A stretch of 39,254 nt of DNA from a virus. Taxonomy: Duplodnaviria > Caudoviricetes. The notes below the pieces were generated by a model. It worked only from the letters and a program-made list of their open reading frames with translations. It searched no databases and had not been told where the DNA came from. The stretch covers positions 1 through 39,254 of IMG/VR virus record IMGVR_UViG_3300048861_000058, one strand, 5' to 3'. Made by a program: the position numbers and the translations under genes. Shown piece after piece: positions 15,389 through 25,085 of the stretch. Each line of letters begins with the position of its first letter. Within the stretch, counting starts at the first letter, position 1.

Positions 15389-15891
15389 CAATTGCCCCAA
15401 TAGCTGGGGTCTTCCCCGGGTGACTCGTACTTCTTCTTTTTCTTCGGCGCCTGCGCCTTGATGACCGGGATCGCATCGTTAATCTGATCGACCGCTTTAT
15501 CCACCTGGTCCGTAACAACCGCGGCTTTCTGTACGACTTGATCCGCTGTGACTGCGGCTTTCTGGGCGCGCCCCGCCGTCTCATGCATCATCTTTGTCGT
15601 TCTTTCTGCGCTATCTATGGCCTTTTGAGACATCTCCATTGAGGCTTGAGCAGACTCCACGGCTTTCTCGGACGCTTCGATGGACTTATCGACCTTCGCG
15701 GTCATCGCGGCGATTCGCTGGGTTAGCTCTGGTATCTGCTGGCTCACCATCGCCCGAGAGTCGGATAAACGCTTCTCTATCGTAGAAAAGCGCATGGCAT
15801 CACGCTGTGTCTGCCAGAGGATCCCGATAGCGATGCCCACCACAAAGACACCCAGCACGAGTATCCAGCCCAAGAGAGACGATTTCTTCAT
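15388..15891 (-). CDS. Membrane-anchored coiled-coil protein in the lysis cassette
   Basis: N-terminal TM, long Ala/Lys/Gln helical region, KKKKK tail. Confidence 0.7.
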   Translation of the reverse strand: MKKSSLLGWILVLGVFVVGIAIGILWQTQRDAMRFSTIEKRLSDSRAMVSQQIPELTQRIAAMTAKVDKSIEASEKAVESAQASMEMSQKAIDSAERTTKMMHETAGRAQKAAVTADQVVQKAAVVTDQVDKAVDQINDAIPVIKAQAPKKKKKYESPGEDPSYWGN

Positions 15892-15898
15892 ACGATTC

Positions 15899-16222
15899 CT
15901 AGTGAAGGAACGGCTTGGCGCCGAGATAAGCGAGGTACAGAAGCCCGGTGATCAGGGCGTACAACGCTGGGCCTGTAAAGCCTTCCAATGTCTTCGCCCA
16001 AAGTCTGGAAGCCCGCTCTTCCTTCAAATCCCGGCCTTCATGCCAATGCGCATGCTTTACAGCGCCCTTCGGAAATCCCTGGGCCAATCCTTCAACCCGA
16101 TCTCCAAGTCGTTCCACCTGGCGCTCGATCTCCCGGTAGTGGGCTGTGTTCTGCTCGTGGCGTTCGTCCAAGTCCTCCTTTAAGGAGAGGACTGCATTGG
16201 TCAATTCCTGAATTTCGGACAT
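15899..16222 (-). CDS. Coiled-coil protein with C-terminal TM (holin/antiholin-like)
   Basis: First gene of the lysis cassette; C-terminal hydrophobic helix. Confidence 0.65.
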   Translation of the reverse strand: MSEIQELTNAVLSLKEDLDERHEQNTAHYREIERQVERLGDRVEGLAQGFPKGAVKHAHWHEGRDLKEERASRLWAKTLEGFTGPALYALITGLLYLAYLGAKPFLH

Positions 16223-16245
16223 TTCCGCCAATCCTGTCAGGGCTC

Positions 16246-16269
16246 AAAAAAAGCCGCCTCTAAGGGCGG
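16246..16269 (-). terminator. Intrinsic terminator after the virion genes
   Basis: CCGCC/GGCGG stem followed by C-TTTTTTT on the minus strand. Confidence 0.75.
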
Positions 16270-16312
16270 ATATGGGTAAAATCGGAAGACCTTTACCCCC
16301 TACGAGGGCGGC

Positions 16313-16474
16313 ATGATCAGCTTTTCGGACATTCCAGAGCGTGCGCTGTGGTTAAGCGGTATCTATCTCGCGATCTGCACGATCAAGGGGTTTCTAACGG
16401 GATGGCGAGGAACGCTGCGCCCCGATCAGCGCCGGGTACATGAATTGTTGAGCCGGCGTCATAATGGTCGGTGA
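16313..16474 (+). CDS. Small single-TM protein (53 aa), antisense moron candidate
   Basis: GAGG RBS; MISFSDIPERALWLSGIYLAICTIKGFLTGWRGTLRPDQRRVHELLSRRHNGR. Confidence 0.45.
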   Translation: MISFSDIPERALWLSGIYLAICTIKGFLTGWRGTLRPDQRRVHELLSRRHNGR

Positions 16475-18973
16475 AGGCAACGCAGGCGGGGCTTGAAGTG
16501 CCGACAGTCCGGAAGGCGCATCTAACAGCAGCCGTTGCATCTGCTGCATGATCGACTCGTTCTGACCGCGCAATAGGGTATTGGTGAGTTTGCCCACGCC
16601 TCGCCCAAGAACACCTCCCACGACTGCACCGCCAGGACCGCCGAGCAGATATCCGCCTGCCCCGCCCAAAAGACCGGTAATGGTTCCTGGCGCCTGACCT
16701 CCTAGATATGTGCCAAGCCGGCCAGGCAGAAGGTTATTAAGCAGGTTCTGTGTCGCCAGATTCTGTGCGGTAGAAGACCCAGCGGACCTCCCGAGTCCGG
16801 TATTGCTCGCGCGCAGCAGATCGTCCCGTACGGCGGTCAGCGCTGCAATTTGTGCATCAGTCACCGTCTTTGCAGGCCGAACCCCAGGCTTAGCCACTTC
16901 CCGCTTGATGCTGTTTAAGGCGTTTTGGACTTTGGCGAGCGTCACATTCCCCGTGGCATCAGTGAGATTGAGACTTTGCAGGTACTGCATTGCATCGATG
17001 GGCTTGGACGCACCTGCATAAGCCGCGCGGGCATTCGCATATCCTGGAATTTCCTGGTCCATCAGGGAAAGAAGTCGATCCCTAACCCCTAGGAGGTTGG
17101 CCGCCTTAGCCCTCTCTCCTGCTTGGGCAGCAGCGCCGATCTGATCGTCCAACGCCGTCTTGATGTGATGCAGTCCTGTCCCGGACACGTAGGTTTCTGG
17201 AACGCCCACCGCGCCGCCACGGTTGGCATTGGTGCGGTTCGCCACCTGGTGCTCTATGGTGGCGTTGGCGTTGTTCGCCATCCGCTCTGCATCGGCATAG
17301 GCGGACTGGAATGCCGGCGTTTGCTTTAGCGCTGCGTATTCCGTGTTTGAGGTCGGGATGCCAACTTGGGTGCTGAGATAGTCGTCGGCAGCATTGGCGT
17401 CCCGAGCCGCTTTCATCGCCGCCAGGTCATCCACACTTCCCCGCACAGAATCAATCGCACCTAGACGCGCTTCTGCATTAGCCTGCTCACGTTGGACAAA
17501 TGGATTGGGGTTTAGGTCGCGGATCGTTCTTTGGACAGTGGCGATCCCAGGGTTACCGGTAGCCTCCGCAAGCGTCGGACTTGAGCCAGGAATGATTTCG
17601 CCCGCGTTGGGCTTCAGCGGGCCGCCAGCCATTGCGCGCGATAACAATCCTTCTGCTACGCGCTGCTGGCCTTCCTCTGTGAAAGGATCGACCATTGCCC
17701 GAAGCGTGGAACCTACCTTCTGCCCTGTCGCGTTCAACGTCGCGCCCGCAACTGGCAACGCGCCACCCAGCAAACCGCCAACTTGGATGTTGTGCATGGC
17801 TTGTTGGTCGTAGTCGTTCCCACCGCCTGTGATCAAATCCGAGAGAGTCTGCGGCCTGGGTTTGACTACGACCGGGGCGGCAGAACCATACGCGGCACCT
17901 TGCAGCAAACCGCCTCCAGCTGCCCCAGCCAAGCGGCCAACGTTTGCAAGACCTGGATTTGAACCGAGCCTGCCTAGCAGGTTAGCCCCAAGTTCACTCG
18001 CTCCGGTCAGTAGACCTCCCGCAGCTTCGGGGCCACCGATGAGGCTTGTAGCGATGTTTCCTGCTACGCGTCCAGTGCCAGCGGCAAACGAGCCTGGTGT
18101 GGCGTCTTGGTACTCTTTCTCGCGCTGCGCAATCTCAGCATCGCGTGCGCCTACGTTTGCCTTGCCTTTGTCCGCGAGGTTTGTCCCGAAGGTCGAATCG
18201 AAGGCTTTAAGAATATCCAGGCCCTGATGCATCTGGCTCTGGGCAAAACCTACCGGAAGGTCGGTCAACCCTTGGGCCAATCCTGCTTTCAGGTTGGTTA
18301 TGGTGTCGTCAGAGGGCGGTTTGTCCGTCTGATTCGAAATATTGACATGCAGCGTTCCGCTAGGATCGTAGTAGGACGTGTTCGTACTTTCAGACGGACT
18401 CTTTTGCGCCGTCGCGGCTCCGCTAAAGATATCGTCGGGTTCGGGAGTCGTTGGGCCGCTCTGCTGGGTAGCCGTCTTCGCGCCGCCGAAGATATCGTCC
18501 GCCGCTTGCGCAGACGGGAAGATCGCATCAGCGGCTTGGTTCAGGAAGCCTCGCAGGCCCGTCACGCCCTTCACAGCCTTGGTGGCAGCTACCAGCTTCG
18601 CAGCATATTGCGGGTCTTGAGCGTACCCGCCGGCTACCAGCCCTTGGGCGAATTTCTCGGGGTCGTCGCCTACATTCTGAGCCCCTTGGTACTTGCGCCC
18701 GATAAGACCTGCGTAGTAGTTTCCAAAATCCTGCGGAGTATTGAACGACATATAGTTGTCGTTGGACCCTGTAGCGTTGTCAGTCGCTGCCACCCCTGCC
18801 CCTGACATGTCCTTGATGTTTCCAAGGTTGTTCGTGCCCGGGATAACGTGAGCGCCCCAGCCGGTTTCTAAACCCCACTGTCCTAGAAGAACGGACGGAT
18901 CGACGCCGATCTGCCCGCCAATGTTGTCAGCGACCGGGCCGTATTGCTGTGCGAACTGTGCGGGAGTCGTCAT
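16394..18973 (-). CDS. Large DNA-ejection protein with N-terminal glucosaminidase (GH73/FlgJ-like) domain
   Basis: LLGQWGLETGWG...NNLGNIK...GGYAQDPQYAAKL; remainder Gly/Ala-rich; ATGA overlap at 18973. Confidence 0.85.
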   Translation of the reverse strand: MTTPAQFAQQYGPVADNIGGQIGVDPSVLLGQWGLETGWGAHVIPGTNNLGNIKDMSGAGVAATDNATGSNDNYMSFNTPQDFGNYYAGLIGRKYQGAQNVGDDPEKFAQGLVAGGYAQDPQYAAKLVAATKAVKGVTGLRGFLNQAADAIFPSAQAADDIFGGAKTATQQSGPTTPEPDDIFSGAATAQKSPSESTNTSYYDPSGTLHVNISNQTDKPPSDDTITNLKAGLAQGLTDLPVGFAQSQMHQGLDILKAFDSTFGTNLADKGKANVGARDAEIAQREKEYQDATPGSFAAGTGRVAGNIATSLIGGPEAAGGLLTGASELGANLLGRLGSNPGLANVGRLAGAAGGGLLQGAAYGSAAPVVVKPRPQTLSDLITGGGNDYDQQAMHNIQVGGLLGGALPVAGATLNATGQKVGSTLRAMVDPFTEEGQQRVAEGLLSRAMAGGPLKPNAGEIIPGSSPTLAEATGNPGIATVQRTIRDLNPNPFVQREQANAEARLGAIDSVRGSVDDLAAMKAARDANAADDYLSTQVGIPTSNTEYAALKQTPAFQSAYADAERMANNANATIEHQVANRTNANRGGAVGVPETYVSGTGLHHIKTALDDQIGAAAQAGERAKAANLLGVRDRLLSLMDQEIPGYANARAAYAGASKPIDAMQYLQSLNLTDATGNVTLAKVQNALNSIKREVAKPGVRPAKTVTDAQIAALTAVRDDLLRASNTGLGRSAGSSTAQNLATQNLLNNLLPGRLGTYLGGQAPGTITGLLGGAGGYLLGGPGGAVVGGVLGRGVGKLTNTLLRGQNESIMQQMQRLLLDAPSGLSALQAPPALPSPTIMTPAQQFMYPALIGAQRSSPSR

Positions 18974-20391
18974 TTCTGCGTTTGCGGGAATAGGGGATTC
19001 TGGGTAGACCAGGCGGAAAGTGCTGCCTGGAAGTCGTTCCCGTTCGGGTCGGTGGAATCCAGTCGGCCGTATTTCTGCCGCCATTTGCGGGCGAATTGGG
19101 CCACGTCCTGTTGGCGCTGCAATACTTTGGTTTGGTAATCGATGAGCTGCTTGCGGCCTTCGTTCGTCTGGTTCAACCCAGGGACAGAGGCCGTCAAGAA
19201 GTTCCGGTCCGCGTCCGACATGGAACCCGGCATTCCACCACCGTTTGAAGGATCGCGCAGTTGCAACGCCAGCTGATTCCCGATTGCTACTGCGGCTTCC
19301 TTCGCCGGCAATTGAGGATCAATCTGGATGCCAAGTGAATTTGCCAGCTTGGCACCCTGCATCCCGACATTGGACAGCGAGCCACCATCAAACCCATCCA
19401 GGAGTTGCCCCACGCGCTGATAGTTCGCGATCTTGCCAGGGGCATTCATGCCTGCGGTTTGCAGATCGTTATAGGTCTTGGCCGATGCTTGGGCAACAGA
19501 GTTGTTGAAATCCTGATCGGCTTGGCTCGGTGTCGTGCCAAGACTTCCGGGCTGGGTTGTACCGTTCAGTGCTGCCACGGCTTGGGATCGAGGCATCATC
19601 TTCGTGCCGCCTTTCCCATCAGGCACCGGGACGAGATCAAGACCGGCCTGAGTGTTCTGCTGATCGCGGTTCTGTGCAATGTTGAATGGAAGTTGTGCGC
19701 CAGCAACCGAAGCAGCCTTGGAACCCTCAATTTGGGCGTTTCCTTGGACATAGCCAGGGATCAGCGCCAATTGTGGCTTGCCATCCGGTCCAGTCGTGAA
19801 ATTGAACCCAGCCGGCACCTGGGGAATAAACTCTCGTTGCCCGGTGACCGGGTTGTCGTAGAACGATCCTGGTTGGCGTTGCACGCCATCGTGAGCGTAT
19901 TTGAACTGTGGCATCAAATCCACGCCAGCCAACTTTAAGGCGGTGACATCGCCCAAGGACAACGGGAACCCCGACGAGGGAGCGGCATTTGTCCCACCAG
20001 AACTCGAGCCGTCAGGCCCTGATGGAAGCGCGGAAGGACTAGCAGCGGGCACCGTCCCGGCAAGTGGTGCCCCTGCCGCATTGGGCGCAGCCTGTCCCGA
20101 TGGAGCACCCTGAGATGTAGGATTGAGGCGTTTCAAGACATTAAGAAGGACGCCTTGCTTTTGTGCATCTTGGTTGAGCTTTTGAACTTGAGCCTGTCGA
20201 TACTGATTGATTGCCTGGCTCTGCTGCGCCGATTGCGCTGCCTGCAACCCTTGAAGCGCACCCAGCCCGATGGCGTTACCCGCATTTGGTCCACGAGAAT
20301 TGCCCAGGATGCCGAGCCCAGCAGCTAGCAACCCATAGGTGCCAGGATCGTTTTGCAGTTGATCGAAGAAGCCACCTGCGGTATCAGCCAT
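18970..20391 (-). CDS. Internal virion / DNA-ejection protein
   Basis: Gln/Ala/Gly-rich; MPGSMSDADRNFL...PGL motif; position. Confidence 0.75.
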   Translation of the reverse strand: MADTAGGFFDQLQNDPGTYGLLAAGLGILGNSRGPNAGNAIGLGALQGLQAAQSAQQSQAINQYRQAQVQKLNQDAQKQGVLLNVLKRLNPTSQGAPSGQAAPNAAGAPLAGTVPAASPSALPSGPDGSSSGGTNAAPSSGFPLSLGDVTALKLAGVDLMPQFKYAHDGVQRQPGSFYDNPVTGQREFIPQVPAGFNFTTGPDGKPQLALIPGYVQGNAQIEGSKAASVAGAQLPFNIAQNRDQQNTQAGLDLVPVPDGKGGTKMMPRSQAVAALNGTTQPGSLGTTPSQADQDFNNSVAQASAKTYNDLQTAGMNAPGKIANYQRVGQLLDGFDGGSLSNVGMQGAKLANSLGIQIDPQLPAKEAAVAIGNQLALQLRDPSNGGGMPGSMSDADRNFLTASVPGLNQTNEGRKQLIDYQTKVLQRQQDVAQFARKWRQKYGRLDSTDPNGNDFQAALSAWSTQNPLFPQTQK

Positions 20392-20725
20392 TTAGGCCTC
20401 CGAACATCATGTTGGGCGTAGCTTGAAGCCCCAAACCACCGGTTCCTGTGAATCCGAGTTGAGCACTGCCGAATCCAAGGTTAGGGGCCGATTGAGGAAC
20501 GCCCTGCCAGAATTGGCCGGAAGAAGGCAGCATCGATGGCGTGTTCATGGCATGCCCCAACAACCCCAGGCTCTGGCCCATCATCTGATTGCCTTGTTGA
20601 GGTTGTGCCCGAGAAGCCTGTTGGAGCATCGCGGCGCGCTGTTGGACCTGCAACTGAGCTTGTTGGCCCGCCTGCTGAAGTAGCTGGACTGTTTGAGGGT
20701 CGAGTGTGCCTAGCATTGTCGTCAC
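20384..20725 (-). CDS. Small Gln-rich virion-region protein
   Basis: Tight packing between ejection genes. Confidence 0.6.
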   Translation of the reverse strand: MTTMLGTLDPQTVQLLQQAGQQAQLQVQQRAAMLQQASRAQPQQGNQMMGQSLGLLGHAMNTPSMLPSSGQFWQGVPQSAPNLGFGSAQLGFTGTGGLGLQATPNMMFGGLNG

Positions 20726-21850
20726 CTAGAGAGATTGCAGCAGACCAAGCGCGCCACCGCCGATTGCACCAACGGCAGCGCCGATCCCAGGCACCGCAGA
20801 ACCCAGCGCAGCGCCAGAAAGCGCTCCTCCAGCGACTCCGGCGATTGGATTTGAACCCTGAGTGCCTGTAGTCGTAGAAGTCCCGCCTAAACCGGCTCCA
20901 GGTTGGATGATCGAGGCGTAATTTCCGAGGTTTTGCCAGTTGTATTGATTCGGCGCGCCCAAAGCGGCCAACATCTGCTGGTACGTCTGGTTATTCGCCT
21001 GATTCGTGGCCGTCTGAAGCGCTGTACCTTGTCCGATCAGCTGAGAACCGACCTGAGCAGCGTTCAAAGTGTTGTTGACGTTGTTCTGGGCGTTAGTAGA
21101 GGCCTGAGAATTGAGCGCTTGGCCCGTCGAAGCCTGCAATTGTTGGGCGGTGTTGTACGCATTGCCCTCCAGTTGCGCGGCTTGAGAAGCTAGCGCGTTC
21201 GTGACACCTTGAGTACCCAGTCCTTCGACAATTCCTTGCCGAGAACCGCCATAACCACCTGCTGCAACCGCTCCGGACCTCAGCCCAGGCGCCACGTTTT
21301 GCAGGAAATTGGTCGATAGGTCGTTGCCCATCGCATTTATCTGTTGATCCAGGACGCCTTGATTGACTTGACCCGATAGAGCCTGCCTCAATGCCGCGGT
21401 TGGATCGAGCGCACCCTGAGAAGCCCGCGCAGCTGACAGGTCGACCTGAGAACCTTGGCCGTTGACGAGGTTGTTCCCGACGTTCTGAATCGTCTGGGCA
21501 CCTTGGTTGCCTTGGATCTGGCCTCCTAGATTGCCTAGCCACTGGCTAACAACGTCCTGCATCTGAGGTGTGAAGCCACCTTGCCCGTACAGATTCGCAG
21601 CTTCTGAGTAAATCCCAGGAGTTCCGCCTGTGGTGGTCGTGATGTAGTCGTCCGGCGAGTAAGTCGGTGCCCCTCCATTGGGGTCCCACTCTCCATTAGC
21701 GCCCCACCCGCCTTGACCGCCTCCGATGGGAACAGCGCCAGGCTTGAGCGTGGTCGTCGTCGTCCCACCTGTGCCCGTCAAGTACTGCTGCACGCCCTTC
21801 CACGGTTCCGAAGACGTGGTTTGGCTTCCGCTATTTCCGCCACCAGGCAT
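20726..21850 (-). CDS. DNA-ejection / pilot protein
   Basis: GGGNSGSQTTSSEPW start, GGYGGSRQG motif, Gly-rich hydrophobic C-terminus. Confidence 0.75.
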   Translation of the reverse strand: MPGGGNSGSQTTSSEPWKGVQQYLTGTGGTTTTTLKPGAVPIGGGQGGWGANGEWDPNGGAPTYSPDDYITTTTGGTPGIYSEAANLYGQGGFTPQMQDVVSQWLGNLGGQIQGNQGAQTIQNVGNNLVNGQGSQVDLSAARASQGALDPTAALRQALSGQVNQGVLDQQINAMGNDLSTNFLQNVAPGLRSGAVAAGGYGGSRQGIVEGLGTQGVTNALASQAAQLEGNAYNTAQQLQASTGQALNSQASTNAQNNVNNTLNAAQVGSQLIGQGTALQTATNQANNQTYQQMLAALGAPNQYNWQNLGNYASIIQPGAGLGGTSTTTGTQGSNPIAGVAGGALSGAALGSAVPGIGAAVGAIGGGALGLLQSL

Positions 21851-21852
21851 GA

Positions 21853-22272
21853 TCACAGCTCCTTAGTCATATTCACGAATTTTTGTTTCCACCCAAGCGA
21901 ACCCAACTTGCGGCGCCACCCAGGGCGTCCATGCATTTGGATGCGCCTACATCCCTTTTCTCGGGCGAATCGTGACAACACGTCTTCGCCAGCCTTCAGC
22001 CATCGGTCCATACTGCGTCCGCCAAGGCACACAACCACCAATTCCGATGCTCTGCCACCTGTCGCGATGCAGGTCACAAAAGCCCCGGCGGGCTCTCCGT
22101 CATCGATGAGCCAAAGTTGGTATTCGCGGTTCTTAATCTTTTCCAGTACTTCGTCGGCCGTCTGAATCGAGCCGCGCTCCAAGGCTTCTTCCACCCAATC
22201 GCAAACCAGCGGCCAAATCTGGGGCACCGCGTCACAGGGAACCCCCTGGATGCGGATCAAGGTTTCTTTCAT
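21853..22272 (-). CDS. Acetyltransferase-like virion assembly protein
   Basis: YQLW...FAREKGC.RI...GRPGW.RKL; usual position before ejection genes. Confidence 0.6.
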   Translation of the reverse strand: MKETLIRIQGVPCDAVPQIWPLVCDWVEEALERGSIQTADEVLEKIKNREYQLWLIDDGEPAGAFVTCIATGGRASELVVVCLGGRSMDRWLKAGEDVLSRFAREKGCRRIQMHGRPGWRRKLGSLGWKQKFVNMTKEL

Positions 22273-22274
22273 GG

Positions 22275-22658
22275 TTACCAGCTGATGGCTTCGACTTCGT
22301 CGGCGGTTGTCGTTGCGTCAACTTGGGCTTTCAATGCCCATGACTTCGCGTATTGCGTGTTGCAATGAACAAGCAAAGCCGCCCCAAGAGCAACTAGGGC
22401 ATCCGCAGTCATGGGGACATTCTGTTCGTCCAGCGTGCGCCAGGTGAACCCATCTGGAAGAGGTATGCCCGCCTGAATGCTGCCCACCGTACCGATAAGG
22501 TTCGTACGGGATACCAGATCGGCGCCGAATTGATTCCCTTCGAAAGTGAAGCCCGCGCCTATTGCAAGCAGACAAGCTGTCTCGATTTCGGCTGACTTCT
22601 TATCCTTCAAGTCAGCCAGAATCTGATCTTTCGTTCTTGCCTGGGCGAAGTCGATCAT
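22275..22658 (-). CDS. DUF4376-like tail-associated protein
   Basis: GFTFEG..F.AD...WRTLDEQNVPMT...LKAQVDAT.T..EV.AISW. Confidence 0.75.
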   Translation of the reverse strand: MIDFAQARTKDQILADLKDKKSAEIETACLLAIGAGFTFEGNQFGADLVSRTNLIGTVGSIQAGIPLPDGFTWRTLDEQNVPMTADALVALGAALLVHCNTQYAKSWALKAQVDATTTADEVEAISW

Positions 22659-22954
22659 GTCGGCAGTTCCACTCTACCAGCCGATACGGTCAACGGTTGC
22701 GGGAATCTGGCCTGCTCGGACGCGTCACTACGCACCGGAAATCTGAGTGTCAGACCCAGCTCGCCATTCTGTCGTTCCGCGCCAATGACATAGTCATTCC
22801 CAATCGCTTCCGAAGGCAGGACAGCACCCTCAGGAAGCGGGCCAAAATCGAGTTCTTCTCCGTTGACAGTCAGCACATCGCCAGACACCGAGAGAGACAG
22901 CCCGGTTTCTTCCGGCAGCGGCTCATAAGGGGAAAGGAGTATCTTCACTTCCAC
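22655..22954 (-). CDS. Tail-fibre-associated (assembly) protein
   Basis: LSVSGDVLTVNGEELDFGPLPEGAVLP.EAI...ERQNGEL.LTLRFP. Confidence 0.65.
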   Translation of the reverse strand: MEVKILLSPYEPLPEETGLSLSVSGDVLTVNGEELDFGPLPEGAVLPSEAIGNDYVIGAERQNGELGLTLRFPVRSDASEQARFPQPLTVSAGRVELPT

Positions 22955-23550
22955 CTACCGATGGCAGAGAAGGAGTAGACAAGCGAGAGCGCGGCGTTTG
23001 GCCCCAGAGACGTAAAGGACGGCGCACTGGCTGTCGATACACCGGTGTTTATGAACACGGCTGATCCGTCTAGGCCGAAGTCTTGCCTCGATGTGTACAG
23101 CGCCGTCCCCGCGCCATTAGTGGAGGTAAAAAAACTCGCCCGCATGGACGAAACCGGCCGCCCGACAAAAGCCGCAGGCTGGGAAGGGGCAATCGTCACG
23201 AATCCACCCGCAGCGACGCTTGAGTTCACAACGCCTTCATTCCAGGTGAATTGGGTTCCCTCAACCAATCGCAGATAGTGCCCGTTCGAATTCGATCCGG
23301 AAGATTGCACGTCGTTCGTCGGCACCCACGCACCGCCAACATATCCGTAATACCCAGCACCATTGCCGGGGTTCCAGTCCGTCCCATCAGCGAGAACAAT
23401 CATCCCCTCACGAGGTTTCGGCGGGGCGGCATACTGCTTCTCAAGATAAAGGAATGGTTCTGGCGAAAACAATGCTTCACGTATGCGATGCAGCTCCTGC
23501 CGGGTCCACAGTTGATCGTAGGCGGTGGGCGGGTTGGTCGGGGTATACAT
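22945..23550 (-). CDS. Tail protein with C-terminal fibre-tip-like domain
   Basis: KPREGMIVLADGTDWNPG N-terminal part; GSNSNGHYLRLVEGTQFTW...AIGRWK C-terminal part. Confidence 0.65.
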   Translation of the reverse strand: MYTPTNPPTAYDQLWTRQELHRIREALFSPEPFLYLEKQYAAPPKPREGMIVLADGTDWNPGNGAGYYGYVGGAWVPTNDVQSSGSNSNGHYLRLVEGTQFTWNEGVVNSSVAAGGFVTIAPSQPAAFVGRPVSSMRASFFTSTNGAGTALYTSRQDFGLDGSAVFINTGVSTASAPSFTSLGPNAALSLVYSFSAIGRWK

Positions 23551-25085
23551 CAGTAATCCCCAAAAACCGTAACGTCCATATCGAACTGCTTAAGGCGCCA
23601 GGACACAATTCCCGTCGACTCAAACCGCACTGCGAGATATCGACCACTGACCTCCAAGTCCGCCTTTAGGTCTTGCCCAACGATGAACGGCACAGGACCG
23701 ACCCAATCCACAGCATCTTCCAAGTCGTCTTGAGAGCCGACATAGACATTGATCTGCGTCCCGGATTGCGCGTCGATTCTCGGCCGAATACCTTTGCAGT
23801 ATTTCACCGACTCAGGAGCATCAAACGACATTCCCGTCTTTTCGGCGTAGCTCGTGAAAGCCGTCCCGCTGAAGGTCTTCCCGGTATCTACCAATACCAA
23901 CGTTTGATCCACTGCGGACGCCAGCATGACCCTCGGAGTCGCTTGCGTGTACTCGTACTGGTTCCATGCCGTGTCGTCCGTATCCCAAGGGTCCGGATCA
24001 GCATCCCAGGAATTCCCTAAGTCATAGACAATGGTCCCTGAGGCCCCCGCCGATGCAAGGGCAATGTCTCGGATTCCCCAGGTGCCGTCTTTCCAGTTGA
24101 AAATCAGTGCGGTATTGGGCCAGTCTGATCCAGTCTTCGGGACACAGAACCAAGCCTCATTCATCCGGATATTCGCAACCGCAAATGCCCTCTGATAGGT
24201 ATCTGCGTTGAGGTTGTTGAACAGCCAGTCTCGTACCCTTCCATCGGCTACCGAAATGGCGCTGGAACCATCAAAGTTCACAACGTCGCCTTGAGTAAGG
24301 ACTAGATGGCCGCCAGACCAAGGTACAACGCAATCCTGCGCTAAGGCTCCAATCCCGGGGAGTACTTGCTTGGACGACCAGATATAGGGCGACCCTACAT
24401 AGTCCAATTGCCAGATGCTGTTTTCTTTATAAACAATCAGCGATTGACCAAACGGAACCGCATCTACAACAACGTCGCTCGTATCCGCGAGGTCGAATTC
24501 GCCCGCGTCCTTCGTGGGATCGGTGATATCCCACGAAACGGGTAACGTCCCAGGATCGGCTTCAGTCGACCACCTCACCGCATAGGGCCGCGATGCTCCG
24601 TTGTCTGTCAGATTCAGTGCAAAGAGAAAGTTGCGGAAAGGCCGAATCACCTTCGCCCGCAGTGTGGATGGCCATGCGGTCAAATCCGCGGCTTTTGTGG
24701 CCGGGTTACCACCCCAGAATTGAGGTACATCTTTGCCGTTGTTGACGACGAGCACACCGGACAAGACACCGCCGTTCCATCGATCATCCGCCGTCCCTGT
24801 GTAATTTCCTGATGCCCGCGTAATGTCTGTGTGCGTGTCGTTCTCTACTGCTGTGAGCTTCTGAAGGCCGGCATAGACCCAATATCGTCCCATAATCCCT
24901 TGGGTGGGGAACAACGCATACGGGGCCGCCAATAATGACCCGTGGACCTGCGCCTCACCTTGGAACTTCTCCACGTACCCATTGCGAAATCGGACGTTTC
25001 CACCACCGGACCACTCATTCTGCGAAAGTTCAGTAGCGAAGGCATCGAGGTTTATCCCCGCACCCATGTCTTTGAACGGAATCAC
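23550..25085 (-). CDS. Tail nozzle / head-closure protein (P22 gp10-like role)
   Basis: 511 aa, beta-rich; NVRF..G near the N-terminus, GRYLAVRF near the C-terminus; position. Confidence 0.7.
   Translation of the reverse strand: MIPFKDMGAGINLDAFATELSQNEWSGGGNVRFRNGYVEKFQGEAQVHGSLLAAPYALFPTQGIMGRYWVYAGLQKLTAVENDTHTDITRASGNYTGTADDRWNGGVLSGVLVVNNGKDVPQFWGGNPATKAADLTAWPSTLRAKVIRPFRNFLFALNLTDNGASRPYAVRWSTEADPGTLPVSWDITDPTKDAGEFDLADTSDVVVDAVPFGQSLIVYKENSIWQLDYVGSPYIWSSKQVLPGIGALAQDCVVPWSGGHLVLTQGDVVNFDGSSAISVADGRVRDWLFNNLNADTYQRAFAVANIRMNEAWFCVPKTGSDWPNTALIFNWKDGTWGIRDIALASAGASGTIVYDLGNSWDADPDPWDTDDTAWNQYEYTQATPRVMLASAVDQTLVLVDTGKTFSGTAFTSYAEKTGMSFDAPESVKYCKGIRPRIDAQSGTQINVYVGSQDDLEDAVDWVGPVPFIVGQDLKADLEVSGRYLAVRFESTGIVSWRLKQFDMDVTVFGDY

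Noticed and set aside
16213-16333. 11-bp repeat TTTCGGACATT at 16213 and 16323 as antisense control of the first lysis gene
   Set aside because: A nearby 11-mer match is plausible by chance in 39 kb; no further support
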